64,000 bases of DNA from Candidatus Latescibacterota bacterium (GCA_964291625.2 OZ220090.1:1-64000), one strand, 5' to 3'. Shown: positions 8,843 through 18,251, counted from the stretch's first letter. Made by a program: numbers and translations. The notes: generated by a model not told the origin, from the sequence alone.

Positions 8843-10567
8843 ATGGGGGAAAGGAGAGGTCATCTGCTCAGGCCGGTCACGGCCTTCGGTCTCGCCGCCG
8901 CGGCCCTGCTGCTGCCCGGCTGCACCGGGGAGCGGACCCCGGACCCTGGAGCGGCCCCCGGGTCCGCGGGGGGGCTGTGGTTCACCGACGTCGCCGTCCC
9001 CGCCGGGCTCACCGCCCGGAACGTCTCCGGCAGCCCCGCCAAGGGCTACCTGATCGAGGCCAAGGGTGGGGGCGCGGCGTTCCTCGATGCCGAGGGCGAC
9101 GGCGACCTCGACATCTACCTGCTCAGCGGCTCCACCTTCGGCCGGCCCGATCCGCAAGCCCACAACCGGCTCTACCGCAACGACGGCCCCCGGCCCTTCG
9201 TCGACGTCACCGCGCGTTCCGGCCTCGGAGACACCTCGTGGAGCATGGGCGCCGCCGTGGCCGACTTCGACAACGACGGCGACGCCGACGTGTACGTGAC
9301 CAACTACGGCGCCAACCGCCTCTTCGAGAACGACGGGACCGGCCGTTTCTCCGACGTCACCGCCGCCGCCGGGGTAGGGGACACGCTCTGGGGCACGGGC
9401 GCCGCGTGGGGCGACTACGACCGCGACGGGGACCTCGACCTCTACGCCGCCAACTTCGTCCGTTTCCGCAAGGACCTGAGGCCGAGGGCGATGGAGTACT
9501 GCCAGTGGAAGGGCGTCGAGGTGTTCTACGGCCCCGAGGCCTACCCCGGGGCGCCGGACGTCCTCTACCGGAACGAGGGCGGCGGCGCCTTCCGCGACGT
9601 GAGCCGGGAGTCGGGGGTGACCGTGGCCACGCCGTACAAGGGGTTCCAGCCGGTCTTCGCCGATCTCGACGACGACGGCTGGCCGGACATCTACGTCGCC
9701 GACGACACGACGCCGAACCTGTTCTACCGCAACCAGGGCGACGGCACCTTCCGGGACGTCTCCCTCCGTTCCGGGGCCAGCCACAACGTCAACGGCGACG
9801 TGCAGGCCGGGATGGGCGTCGGCCTCGGGGACTACGACGGCGACGGCGACCTGGACCTCTTCGTCACCCACTTCTCGGACGACTACAACACCCTCTACCG
9901 GAACGAGGGCGGCGGCTACTTCGCCGATCTCTCCTTCCGCGCCGGAGTCGGGGGTGCGAGCATGCCCTGGGTCGGATGGGGTACGGCCTTCGCCGATCTC
10001 GACAACGACGCCGACCTCGACCTCTTCGTCGCCAACGGCCACGTCTACCCCGTCGTCGACGATCACGACCTGGGCACCTCGTACGCGCAGCCGAACCTGG
10101 TCTTCGCCAACCAGGGGCAGGGTCTCTTCGAGGATGCGAGCTCCCGGGCCGGCCCCGGCCTGCGGGTGCGGAAGGTGAGCCGGGGCGCCGCCTTCGGGGA
10201 CTACGACGACGACGGCGACGTGGACATCCTGGTGCTGAATGCCGACGACGCGCCGACCCTGCTGCGCAACGACGGCGCCGGCGGCCACTGGCTCGGCGTG
10301 CGGCTGCGCGGGCGGACCAGCAACCGCGACGGCATCGGCGCCAGGATCCGGGTCACCGCCGGGGGGCGGACCCAGATGCGGGAGGTCCGCGCCGGGGCCA
10401 GCTTCCTGTCGTCGAACGACCTGCGGGCCCACTTCGGACTCGGGGCAACCACCTCGGTGGACAGGCTGGCGGTGAGCTGGCCGAGCGGGTCGGTGCAGGT
10501 ACTGGAAGACCTGCCCGTGGACCGCTACCTGCTGATCGACGAGGAGTCGGGAGCCGGGTCCTGGTGA
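8843..10567 (+). CDS. CRTAC1-family protein (FG-GAP repeats + ASPIC/UnbV), lipoprotein
   Basis: GGAGG precedes ATG 8843 and the lipobox is LLPGC. Multiple DYDxDGDLDL motifs. C-terminal NRDGIGARI...SFLSSNDLRAHFGLG...VSWPSG. Confidence 0.9.
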   Translation: MGERRGHLLRPVTAFGLAAAALLLPGCTGERTPDPGAAPGSAGGLWFTDVAVPAGLTARNVSGSPAKGYLIEAKGGGAAFLDAEGDGDLDIYLLSGSTFGRPDPQAHNRLYRNDGPRPFVDVTARSGLGDTSWSMGAAVADFDNDGDADVYVTNYGANRLFENDGTGRFSDVTAAAGVGDTLWGTGAAWGDYDRDGDLDLYAANFVRFRKDLRPRAMEYCQWKGVEVFYGPEAYPGAPDVLYRNEGGGAFRDVSRESGVTVATPYKGFQPVFADLDDDGWPDIYVADDTTPNLFYRNQGDGTFRDVSLRSGASHNVNGDVQAGMGVGLGDYDGDGDLDLFVTHFSDDYNTLYRNEGGGYFADLSFRAGVGGASMPWVGWGTAFADLDNDADLDLFVANGHVYPVVDDHDLGTSYAQPNLVFANQGQGLFEDASSRAGPGLRVRKVSRGAAFGDYDDDGDVDILVLNADDAPTLLRNDGAGGHWLGVRLRGRTSNRDGIGARIRVTAGGRTQMREVRAGASFLSSNDLRAHFGLGATTSVDRLAVSWPSGSVQVLEDLPVDRYLLIDEESGAGSW

Positions 10568-10598
10568 GGCGGCTGGCCGGGCGGCCGGGGCCGCCCCC

Positions 10599-12851
10599 TC
10601 AACGGCGGTGCTGCTGCCGCTGGAAGCGGTGGAACTCGTGGATGGTGCCGCCCTCCACGTCCATGCCGATCCCGTACGAGTCGTTGCCGTAGTCCTCGGC
10701 GTCCGGCGGCGGCTGCTGCCAGGTGCGTCCGTCCGCCCACAGGGGATGGGGGGTGTGGGCGCCGTCGTCGTCGAAGGAGCGGTACCGGTCGGCGCCCCCC
10801 GCGTCGAGGAGGAAGGCGAAGTTCGTGCCGTACTGACTCGCCGGGGTGTACTCCACCAGGAAGCTGCTCAGCAGGGTATCGGCCGGTCCGTGGTAGGATG
10901 AGGCGGCGCTGCCGCCTCCGGCGCCGCCGGGGAGGGTGTAGACGTCGTCGCCGCCGCCGAGGTCGGCCAGGATCGCCGTGGAGCGGATCATGGCCCGGGC
11001 GCCGGAGATGATGCGCCCCGTGTAGGTGTCGTCGCCTCCCTTGTCGACCAGGAGGGAGACGCAGAAGTCCCAGGCGAAGGAGAGCCCCGCTCCGGCGGCG
11101 GCGTTCATGCCCAGTCCCGGGGGTACCAGATCGTCGGCGATGGGCGGGTCCCAGACCGTGTAGGTGTCGTCGCCGTCGCCGTCGTCGAAGACGGCGCCCA
11201 GGCAGAAGTGGGCGCCGGAGGCCAGGGAGTAGTAGACCGACCGGTAGCGGTCGTTGCCGCCCCCGTCGTAGAGGATGCCGGCGCCGAACCAGTAGCCGGC
11301 GCCCAGGGCCCAGTTGCCGGCTTCGTAGGCGTCGTCCCCCTCCAGGTCGAGGAGGGCCCCGAGGCCGCCGGCCCAGGCGTGGCCGTCGGAGAGGTCGCCG
11401 CGGCGGCCGTTGGCGGCGCCCTGGGCGTTGGAGTAGGTCACCCGCTTGCGCGTGTGTCCGGAGCCGCGGCCGGTGACGTGGGCGTCGATCTCGGCGGTGT
11501 AGCGGTCGTCGCCGGAGCGGTCGGCCAGGACGCCGACGCCGCCGCCGATGCCGCCGAAGCCCTGGCCGTCGCCCCAGAGGTCGTAGACGTCGTGGCCGGC
11601 GCCGTCGACGAGCAGGCCGATGCCGAAGTAGGCGGCGCCCTGGCCGCTGAAGCGGAGGCGCCGGGTGTCGTCGCCCTCGTCGTCCCACAGCAGGCCCAGC
11701 CCGAAGAAGCCCAGGCCCTGGGCGATGGTCTCGGCCTCGTAGCGGTCGTTCCCCGCCACGTCGAGGAGCACGCCCACGCCGAGCAGGCCCGCCCCCTGGG
11801 TGGGGCGGCCCTCGGGTGGCGCCAGGTAGTGGTCGTGGCCCGCGAGGTCGAGAGCGACGCTGACGGGCCGCTCGAAGGCGGCCCCCACGGAACCGTCGTA
11901 GACGTCGTCGCCCCCCAGGTCGACGAGGGCGAGGCAGTCGCCGCAGTCCCCGTGCCGGTCGTTGCCGGCGCCGGCCACGACGATGCGTCCGAGGGGCGTG
12001 GGCAGGTCGACGGGGGCGAAGGCCCGGTCCGGCTCCGGAAGGCGGTCCCCGGCCTCGGCCAGGTCCCGGGAGGCCCGCTCCACGGCCGAGACGGCGAGCT
12101 GGGCGGCGTGGTAGAGGGAGACGGCGTCGAGGTCCCGGGCGACGCGGTCGAGCTCGGGCGCGTAGTCCTTCTCGTGCAGCGGGCGGCGCCCCAGGGCGGC
12201 GGCGCGGTCGGAGGGGTCGACCCCGTGAAAGGCCGTGCCGTGCCATCGGCAGGCCTGCTCGAGTCCCGCCAGCAGCGCCGTCAGCGGCGCGTGCAGGCCT
12301 GCCGGAACCCGGGCCGCCGCCTCCCGCAGATCGCCGGCGGCGAAGGGCGAGCCCGCCGAGAGGTGGAGCTGCTCCAGGGCAGCGGACAGGCTCGGCCCGG
12401 CCTCGGCCGGCCCGCCCCCGTAGGCCTTCGAGAAGGTGGCGAAGTCGATGGCGTAGTCGTAGCCCCGGGGACCCACGACCTTCTTCTCCACCCCGAGGAA
12501 GTGGACCACCTTGAACATGGCGTTGGGCCGCTGCTGGCGGTACCCGGGGTCGAGGTGCTCCTCCACGGCGCCGGCCATGACCCGGACGAAGCCGTAGGTC
12601 TCCAGCGGCTCGGCGAGCAGCTCCGGGAGGAAGGGCAGGATGTGGGGGATCCGGTCGATGCGCGGGAAGCGCGACCAGTAGGACTTCGGCCGCACGCCGA
12701 GGTCGGAGCGCTCGAAGCCGACCATGTCGAGGGCCTCGGTCAGCCGGTCGACGCCGAGGGCCGGCTCGAAGGAGGGCTCCCGGGCGCCGGCGGTCCCGAC
12801 GAGGGCGGCGGCCAGGGCGGCGGCCAGCAGGGGACGTCCGGTGCGGTTCAT
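10599..12851 (-). CDS. Secreted hypothetical protein with tandem G-x-L-x-D-x-x-G-x-D-x-Y repeats (paralog 2)
   Basis: ATG 12851 overlaps the upstream TGA. Signal peptide MNRTGRPLLAAALAAALVGTAGA. About 11 repeats such as LLDVAGNDRY, LVDGAGHDVY and LYDGGGNDRY. Confidence 0.8.
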   Translation of the reverse strand: MNRTGRPLLAAALAAALVGTAGAREPSFEPALGVDRLTEALDMVGFERSDLGVRPKSYWSRFPRIDRIPHILPFLPELLAEPLETYGFVRVMAGAVEEHLDPGYRQQRPNAMFKVVHFLGVEKKVVGPRGYDYAIDFATFSKAYGGGPAEAGPSLSAALEQLHLSAGSPFAAGDLREAAARVPAGLHAPLTALLAGLEQACRWHGTAFHGVDPSDRAAALGRRPLHEKDYAPELDRVARDLDAVSLYHAAQLAVSAVERASRDLAEAGDRLPEPDRAFAPVDLPTPLGRIVVAGAGNDRHGDCGDCLALVDLGGDDVYDGSVGAAFERPVSVALDLAGHDHYLAPPEGRPTQGAGLLGVGVLLDVAGNDRYEAETIAQGLGFFGLGLLWDDEGDDTRRLRFSGQGAAYFGIGLLVDGAGHDVYDLWGDGQGFGGIGGGVGVLADRSGDDRYTAEIDAHVTGRGSGHTRKRVTYSNAQGAANGRRGDLSDGHAWAGGLGALLDLEGDDAYEAGNWALGAGYWFGAGILYDGGGNDRYRSVYYSLASGAHFCLGAVFDDGDGDDTYTVWDPPIADDLVPPGLGMNAAAGAGLSFAWDFCVSLLVDKGGDDTYTGRIISGARAMIRSTAILADLGGGDDVYTLPGGAGGGSAASSYHGPADTLLSSFLVEYTPASQYGTNFAFLLDAGGADRYRSFDDDGAHTPHPLWADGRTWQQPPPDAEDYGNDSYGIGMDVEGGTIHEFHRFQRQQHRR

Positions 12852-15022
12852 TTCCGCTCTCCAGTGGGGGCGAAGACGGTGAACTCGGGGATCGTGCCGC
12901 CCTCGACGTCCATGCCCACCCCGAAGGAGTCGAAACCGTATTCGTCGGAGCCGGGCGCCGGCTGCAGCCAGGTGGACCCGTCCTTCCAGACCGCCGACGG
13001 CGGGTGCTCCCCCGTGTCGGAGTAGTTCAGGTAGCGGTCCTGGCCCCCGGTGTCGAGGAGGAAGCCGAAGTTGGTGCCGTGATGGCTGTAGGGGCCGTAG
13101 CCGATCTCGTGGGGATGGCGGTCCCTGGCGTAGCTGTCGCGGAAGGCGCCGTGGCCGCCGCCGGCGCCCTCGGGCAGCACGTAGGTGTCGTTGCCGCTGC
13201 CGAGATCGGCGAGGATGGCGGTGGAGCGGATCATCGCCTGCCCCCCCGAGATGATGCGCGCCTCGTACCAGTCGTCGCCGCCCTTGTCGACGAGGAGGCC
13301 CATGGTGTAGTCCCAGCCGAAGGCGAGGCCGGCCCCCGCCGAGGCGTTCATGGTCTCGCTCCGGGGCTCGAGGGGCGGGTCGACCAGGCGGTAGCGGTCG
13401 TCGCCGTCCCCCTCGTCGAAGATCGCCCCGATGCAGAAGTGGGCCCCCGAAGCCATCGAGTAGTAGACCGCCTCGTAGAGGTCGCTGCCGCCGCCGTCGT
13501 AGACCAGACCCGTGCCGAACCAGTAGCCCGAGCCGAGGGCCCAGTTGCCCGCGCGCCGGACGTCGTCCCCGGACAGGTCGACGAGCGCCCCCAGGCCTCC
13601 CGCCCAGGAGTAACCCTCCTCGAGATCGGCGCGCCTCCCGATGGCGGCGCCCTGGGCGTGGGAGCTGGTGACGCGGTCGGCCGTGTGGTAGGACCCCCGC
13701 CCGGTGATCCGGGCGTCGACCTCGGCGGTGTAGGTGTCGTCGCCGCCGGCGTCGCCGAGGACGCCGATGCCGCCGCCGGGGCCGCCGAAGCCCTGGCCGT
13801 CCCCCCACAGGTAGTAGGTGTCATCGCCGCCGCCGTCGACGAGCAGGCCGAGACCGAAGTAGCCGGCTCCCTGGGCCGAGAACCGGGCGCGGTAGACGTC
13901 GGCCCCGTCCCCCTCGTCCCAGAGGATGCCGGCGCCGAAGAAACCGCTGCCCTGGGCCATGCCCTCGGCCTCGTAGCGGTCGTGGCCGCCGCCGTCCCAG
14001 AGCAGGCCGACGCCGAAGACCCCGGCCCCCTGCACGGGCTCTCCGGGGCCCCCGCCCCGGTAGGTGTCGTTTCCTGCGAGGTCGAGGATCACGGCGATCC
14101 GCTGGTCCGGCCCGGCGCCGGCGCCGGCGCCGTAGGTGTCTCCGCCTCCCAGGTCGATCACGGCGAGGCAGTCCCCGCAACCGTGCTCGTGTGCCCCGGT
14201 GCCGGCGATCAGCACCCGGCCCAGGGGGGTCGGCCAGAGGATGCTGGCGTCCACGGGACCGGCGCTGTCCACGGCCGCCGAGAGCTGCCGGTGCGCCGAC
14301 TCGGCCGCCTGCAGGACCTGCTGTGCGGTGTTGGTCAGCAGCACCAGGTCGGCCTCCGCCGAGGCCCGGCGCAGGGCCGGGGCGTACTCGATCTGGTGGG
14401 CGGCCTGCTCGACGGCGATCCAGGCCTGGTCGGCCGCCGGGACCGCCTCGAAGGCCTCCTCCGCCCAGCGGTGGGCCCCGGCCAGGCGCCAGAGGAACCG
14501 GGCCAGGGGGCGGTGCAGCGGCTGCGGCAGGACGGCCGCCTCGGAGCGCACCCGGGCCAGCAGGTCGGCGCCGGCCGTCCCCCCACCGGCCCGGTGGAGC
14601 TCCTCCATGGCGGCCTCCAGTGGATCGGCCAGGTCCGGGGGAAGGTCGACGGTCCCGGCGCGGTAGCCGCGGTGCCCCGCGGACAGGTGGGTGAAGCCGA
14701 GGAAGTAGGCGGTCTTGAAAGCGCCGTCCTCGTTGCCGGCCCGGTAGGAGGGCGACAGGTAGCGTTCCATGGCTCCCGCCATCACCCGGCTCGTCTCGTA
14801 GGTGCGCAGGGGCTCGGCGAAGAGATCGGGGAAGAAGAAGGGGACCCGCCGGGTCCCGGCGAAGTGGCCGAAACGCGACCACCAGGTCTTCGGGCGGCAG
14901 CCGAGGTCCGAGCGCTCGAAGGAGACGGCGGACAGGGCCTCGGCGAGGCGGTCGGGGGGATCGGCGGGGAGGGGTGGCACCAAGGCCAGGATCACGGCCG
15001 CCGCCATGCAGGTCGGTTTCAT
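12848..15022 (-). CDS. Secreted hypothetical protein with tandem G-x-L-x-D-x-x-G-x-D-x-Y repeats (paralog 1)
   Basis: Signal peptide MKPTCMAAAVILALVPPLPA. Colinear with the downstream paralog (FERSDLG, PTPLGR, CGDCLA, GMDVEGGTIxEF). Confidence 0.8.
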   Translation of the reverse strand: MKPTCMAAAVILALVPPLPADPPDRLAEALSAVSFERSDLGCRPKTWWSRFGHFAGTRRVPFFFPDLFAEPLRTYETSRVMAGAMERYLSPSYRAGNEDGAFKTAYFLGFTHLSAGHRGYRAGTVDLPPDLADPLEAAMEELHRAGGGTAGADLLARVRSEAAVLPQPLHRPLARFLWRLAGAHRWAEEAFEAVPAADQAWIAVEQAAHQIEYAPALRRASAEADLVLLTNTAQQVLQAAESAHRQLSAAVDSAGPVDASILWPTPLGRVLIAGTGAHEHGCGDCLAVIDLGGGDTYGAGAGAGPDQRIAVILDLAGNDTYRGGGPGEPVQGAGVFGVGLLWDGGGHDRYEAEGMAQGSGFFGAGILWDEGDGADVYRARFSAQGAGYFGLGLLVDGGGDDTYYLWGDGQGFGGPGGGIGVLGDAGGDDTYTAEVDARITGRGSYHTADRVTSSHAQGAAIGRRADLEEGYSWAGGLGALVDLSGDDVRRAGNWALGSGYWFGTGLVYDGGGSDLYEAVYYSMASGAHFCIGAIFDEGDGDDRYRLVDPPLEPRSETMNASAGAGLAFGWDYTMGLLVDKGGDDWYEARIISGGQAMIRSTAILADLGSGNDTYVLPEGAGGGHGAFRDSYARDRHPHEIGYGPYSHHGTNFGFLLDTGGQDRYLNYSDTGEHPPSAVWKDGSTWLQPAPGSDEYGFDSFGVGMDVEGGTIPEFTVFAPTGERK

Positions 15023-15104
15023 GGAATGCCCGCGGAAGGTTGGTCCCGGGGACGCCCCCGGGGTTCGTGGCGCGCTGGGGCCACTGCGCCGCCTCAGCTC
15101 CGGG

Positions 15105-15503
15105 CTAGCGGATGCCGAAGGTCTCGACGCCGAGTCCGCGGAGCCTGTCGAGCAACCGGATCACGTCCTGGTAGGGGACCTCGCCCGAGCCGCTGAACAT
15201 CACCTTGCGCTCGGTCAGCACCCCCTTCGGGAACAGCTCCTCCATCTTGACGGCGAGGGCCTCGAAGGCCACCTCCTCATCGTCGACCAGGATCCTGCCG
15301 TCCGCGGTGAGGACGACGACCGGGTCGGGCTTCAACTGCCCCGAGGAGACCGCCCCGGCCTGGGGGAGGTTGGCCTGCAGGGTCTCGATGAGAATCGGCG
15401 TGATGACGAGGAAGCCGAGGAGCAGACAGAGGGAAACATCGCCCATGGGGGTGATGTTGATGTTGGACTCGAGGCGGCTGAGGGCCCTGCGCCGGCGGGC
15501 CAT
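15105..15503 (-). CDS. exbD: ExbD/TolR family protein
   Basis: INITPMGDVSLCLLLGFLVITP TM motif with the conserved Asp. C-terminal VPYQDVIRLLDRLRGLGV. Confidence 0.85.
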   Translation of the reverse strand: MARRRRALSRLESNINITPMGDVSLCLLLGFLVITPILIETLQANLPQAGAVSSGQLKPDPVVVLTADGRILVDDEEVAFEALAVKMEELFPKGVLTERKVMFSGSGEVPYQDVIRLLDRLRGLGVETFGIR

Positions 15504-15938
15504 CTACCGTTCTCTCCTGGCCAGCAGGTCGACAGCGGGCGCGCCGATTCCCTGGCACACCTCCATCAGCTCGAGGATCTCGTTGTACGGCAGATTTCGG
15601 GCGCCCTTGATGATGATCGGGCTGCCCTCCTGGCCCTGGTAGGCGAGGGCCAGTTCATCCTTCAGGCGGGTCTTGTCCACCTCGGTCAGGTTGACGAACA
15701 GACTCCCATCCTCCTTGACCGACAACACGACCAACTGCTCGGCGGCCTCCTCCATCCGGTCGGCGTGGTCGGCCCGGGGTGTGTCGACCTCGACCCCCTC
15801 GCGGATGATGGGCATGACGATCATGAAGATGATCAACAACACCAGGGCCACGTTCACCACGGGGGTGATGTCGGGCATGGGACTCGTCCGCTCCCGCTGC
15901 CCGGCGGCCGTTCGCAACTGACGCTTCCTGCGTGGCAT
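15504..15938 (-). CDS. exbD: ExbD/TolR family protein with Asp->Asn at the conserved TM position
   Basis: PDITPVVNVALVLLIIFMIVMP and IIIKGARNLPYNEILELME motifs. An alternative start is ATG 15878. Confidence 0.85.
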   Translation of the reverse strand: MPRRKRQLRTAAGQRERTSPMPDITPVVNVALVLLIIFMIVMPIIREGVEVDTPRADHADRMEEAAEQLVVLSVKEDGSLFVNLTEVDKTRLKDELALAYQGQEGSPIIIKGARNLPYNEILELMEVCQGIGAPAVDLLARRER

Positions 15939-15966
15939 CCCAGGTTGGACCGGTGAGCCGTGCCGG

Positions 15967-16644
15967 CTAGGCGGCGCTGGCTCGCAAGGCGTGACGGACC
16001 GCGCGATTCACCACCCGCGTCGCGGCATTGTCCAGCTCCACGGCTATCACGTCGATCCGGTTCATGAAGAAGTTGTAGGCCCACAAGGCCGGAATGGCGA
16101 CGAAGAGGCCGATCACCGTGGTCACCAGGGCCTCGGAGATCCCGCCGGAAACCGTTGCCAGTCCTCCCGAGCCGGTCTCGGCGATGCCGCGGAAGGCGGC
16201 GATGAGACCGGTGACCGTGCCGAAGAGGCCGAGGAAGGGCGCCACGCCCGAGATGGTGGCCATGCCGCTGAGCCGCACGCGCAGGTTGATGACCGCCACG
16301 TCGAGTTCGCGGCTGACGGCCTCGTCCACGCCTTCGACGACTACGGCTCCGGGCTGGTCGTCGGCGCGCAGGGACCCGTACTCGTCAAGGCCGGCCGCAA
16401 CCACCGATCCGAGGGAGCACCGGCCCTCCGCAACCGCCTCTCGGGCGGCGTCGAGGATGTGGCTGGCATCGCTCTCGCCTTCGATCCCCTCGACGAAGGC
16501 ACCCGAGCGCTGGCGGTCCGTGCGCAGGGCCAGGAAACGGTCCACCATGACTGCGTAGGAGTAGATGGACAGGGCGAACAGGACCAGGACAACCACCTTG
16601 CCGGTGATCGCCATCGATCCCCAGAGTTGGGTGAGCAACTCCAT
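15967..16644 (-). CDS. exbB: MotA/TolQ/ExbB proton channel family protein
   Basis: Strong RBS AAAGGAGGA before ATG 16644 (MELLTQLW). Motifs ATISGVAPFLGLFGTVTGLIAAF and GISEALVTTVIGLFVAIPA. Confidence 0.92.
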   Translation of the reverse strand: MELLTQLWGSMAITGKVVVLVLFALSIYSYAVMVDRFLALRTDRQRSGAFVEGIEGESDASHILDAAREAVAEGRCSLGSVVAAGLDEYGSLRADDQPGAVVVEGVDEAVSRELDVAVINLRVRLSGMATISGVAPFLGLFGTVTGLIAAFRGIAETGSGGLATVSGGISEALVTTVIGLFVAIPALWAYNFFMNRIDVIAVELDNAATRVVNRAVRHALRASAA

Positions 16645-16727
16645 CGGGTCCTCCTTTACGAGTCGGTCGGCCGGGTTGCGGAGCGGGAGATGGATGCTCC
16701 ACGGACACGACTCCAAAGCCGTGCCAC

Positions 16728-16756
16728 ATTGTACGGATATGCCCTGGGGTTCACAA
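16728..16756 (-). promoter_or_regulatory. Putative sigma70-type promoter for exbB-exbD-exbD
   Basis: The minus strand reads TTGTGA-17 nt-TACAAT (-35 at 16751-16756, -10 at 16728-16733), about 85 nt upstream of the start. Confidence 0.55.
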
Positions 16757-16854
16757 CCAGTATGGGCCCCCCTTCGAGGCGTGGGACCTCTCCTCCCCTT
16801 CCTGCGCAGCGGACTCGACCATGCCCCTCTTGAGTCGTGACTACATTCTCGACA

Positions 16855-17018
16855 TGACGGGACCCTCCCACGTGTCCGTGTGGGCCTGCTCGCGCGACAT
16901 CGTCGCAGCCCTGGGCCAGGCCGGCGGCAGCCCGCGGTACACCGGGTTTCCCGGAGCGGCGCACGTGGGCGGGTCCCGGGTCTCCCCCTGGAGGCGCCCG
17001 GAGGCCGCCGAGCCATGA
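16855..17018 (+). pseudogene. Possible C-terminal remnant of an alpha/beta-hydrolase (S9/phospholipase-carboxylesterase-like)
   Basis: SRDIVAALGQAGGSPRYTGFPGAAH resembles the SRxMVxALxxAGxxxxYTExPGxxH catalytic-His segment. No N-terminal part is present. Confidence 0.35.
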
Positions 17019-18217
17019 CCGGCCGCCTGCGCGTGGCGGCGGTCTGCACCGTCTACTACGCCGCCTCCCACGCCGACGCCATCGTCACCAAGTTCCTCAA
17101 GGGCATGTCCACCGACGAGGGCTTCTGCCCTCCCGAGGTCGACGTCGTCTCTCTCTACCTGGACCAGGTCCCGGAGAACGACATCGGCCTCGCCCTCGCC
17201 CGCGACCACGGCGTCCCGGTGTACCCGAGCATCCGCCAGGCCCTGACCCGGGGCGGGGCCCGCCTCGACGTCGATGCGGTGCTCCTCATCGGCGAGCACG
17301 GCGACTACCCGTGGGACGAGCGCGAGAGGATCCTCTACCCCCGGCGCCCCTTCTTCGAGCAGATCGCCGGCGAGATCGGCCGCGGCGGCCGCCCGGTGCC
17401 GGTCTTCAACGACAAGCACCTCGCCTGGGACTTCACCGACGCCCTGTGGATGTGGAACCGGGCGCGGGAGCTGGAGATCCCCCTCATGGCCGGCTCCTGC
17501 CTGCCCCTGGCGTGGCGCAACCCCTGGCTCGAGCACGGGATCGGGACGCCGATCGAGGAAGCCCTGGCCGTCGGCTACGGCAAGGTGGAGGCGTACGGCT
17601 TCCACACCCTCGAGGTCCTGCAGTGCATGGTCGAGCGGCGGCCCGGAGGCGAGAGCGGCGTGCGCTCGGTTCAGTGCCTGGAGGGCGGCGAGGTGTGGAA
17701 GGCCGCCGACCGCGGACTGTGGTCCCGGGAGCTGGGCGAGGCGGCCTGCGCCTCGATCGAGAACAAGCCGCCAGGCCCCATGGAGGAGCACGCGAAGACG
17801 CCGCGCCTGTTCCTGATGGAGCACGTGGACGGGCTGCGGACGGCGGCCCTGATGCTGCAGGGATACGTCTCCGACTGGGCCTACGCCGCGCGGGTCGGCG
17901 GCCGCGTGCAGGCGAGCGAGTTCTACCTGCAGCCCGATGGTCCGGGGGCCAACTTCGGCTACCTGTGCCGCAACATCGAGCGGTTCTTTCGGGAGGGGGC
18001 GGCGCCCACCCCGCCCGAGCGCACCCTGCTGACCACGGGGGTCATCGCCGCGGTGATGAACTCCCGGCACGAGGGCCACCGGGTCGTGGAGACGCCGCAC
18101 CTGGAGATGGCCTACGAGCCCCGCGGCGACGGGCGGGTCATCCGCCCCCGCGGTCCCAGGCCGAGCGGCGCCTGCCTCGACCGGCAGGCCCCCGACCTGC
18201 TGCTGCCGTGGCGGTGA
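17015..18217 (+). CDS. Conserved hypothetical protein, distant Gfo/Idh/MocA oxidoreductase-like
   Basis: ATG 17015 (MTGRLRVAAVCTVYYAASHADAIV). Motifs VDAVLLIGEHGDYP, VFNDKHL, MAGSCLP and YGFHTLE match the Gfo/Idh/MocA-like layout. Confidence 0.7.
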   Translation: MTGRLRVAAVCTVYYAASHADAIVTKFLKGMSTDEGFCPPEVDVVSLYLDQVPENDIGLALARDHGVPVYPSIRQALTRGGARLDVDAVLLIGEHGDYPWDERERILYPRRPFFEQIAGEIGRGGRPVPVFNDKHLAWDFTDALWMWNRARELEIPLMAGSCLPLAWRNPWLEHGIGTPIEEALAVGYGKVEAYGFHTLEVLQCMVERRPGGESGVRSVQCLEGGEVWKAADRGLWSRELGEAACASIENKPPGPMEEHAKTPRLFLMEHVDGLRTAALMLQGYVSDWAYAARVGGRVQASEFYLQPDGPGANFGYLCRNIERFFREGAAPTPPERTLLTTGVIAAVMNSRHEGHRVVETPHLEMAYEPRGDGRVIRPRGPRPSGACLDRQAPDLLLPWR

Positions 18218-18251
18218 TCGGAGCGAGGTCGTCGAGTGACAAGGAGAGACC

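Noticed and set aside
10599-13808. 1069-aa ORF
   Set aside because: The first ~320 aa are off-frame overlap with 12848..15022. The true start is ATG 12851, with a signal peptide.
16712-16727. Possible sigma54 promoter TGGCACGGCTTTGGA (minus strand) upstream of exbB
   Set aside because: The -24 element matches but the -12 reads TGGA instead of TTGC. A correctly spaced sigma70-type promoter lies immediately upstream.
16645-16850. Cobalamin or other riboswitch upstream of exbBD
   Set aside because: I could not recognise a B12-box or other aptamer consensus by eye. An Rfam/Infernal scan would be needed.
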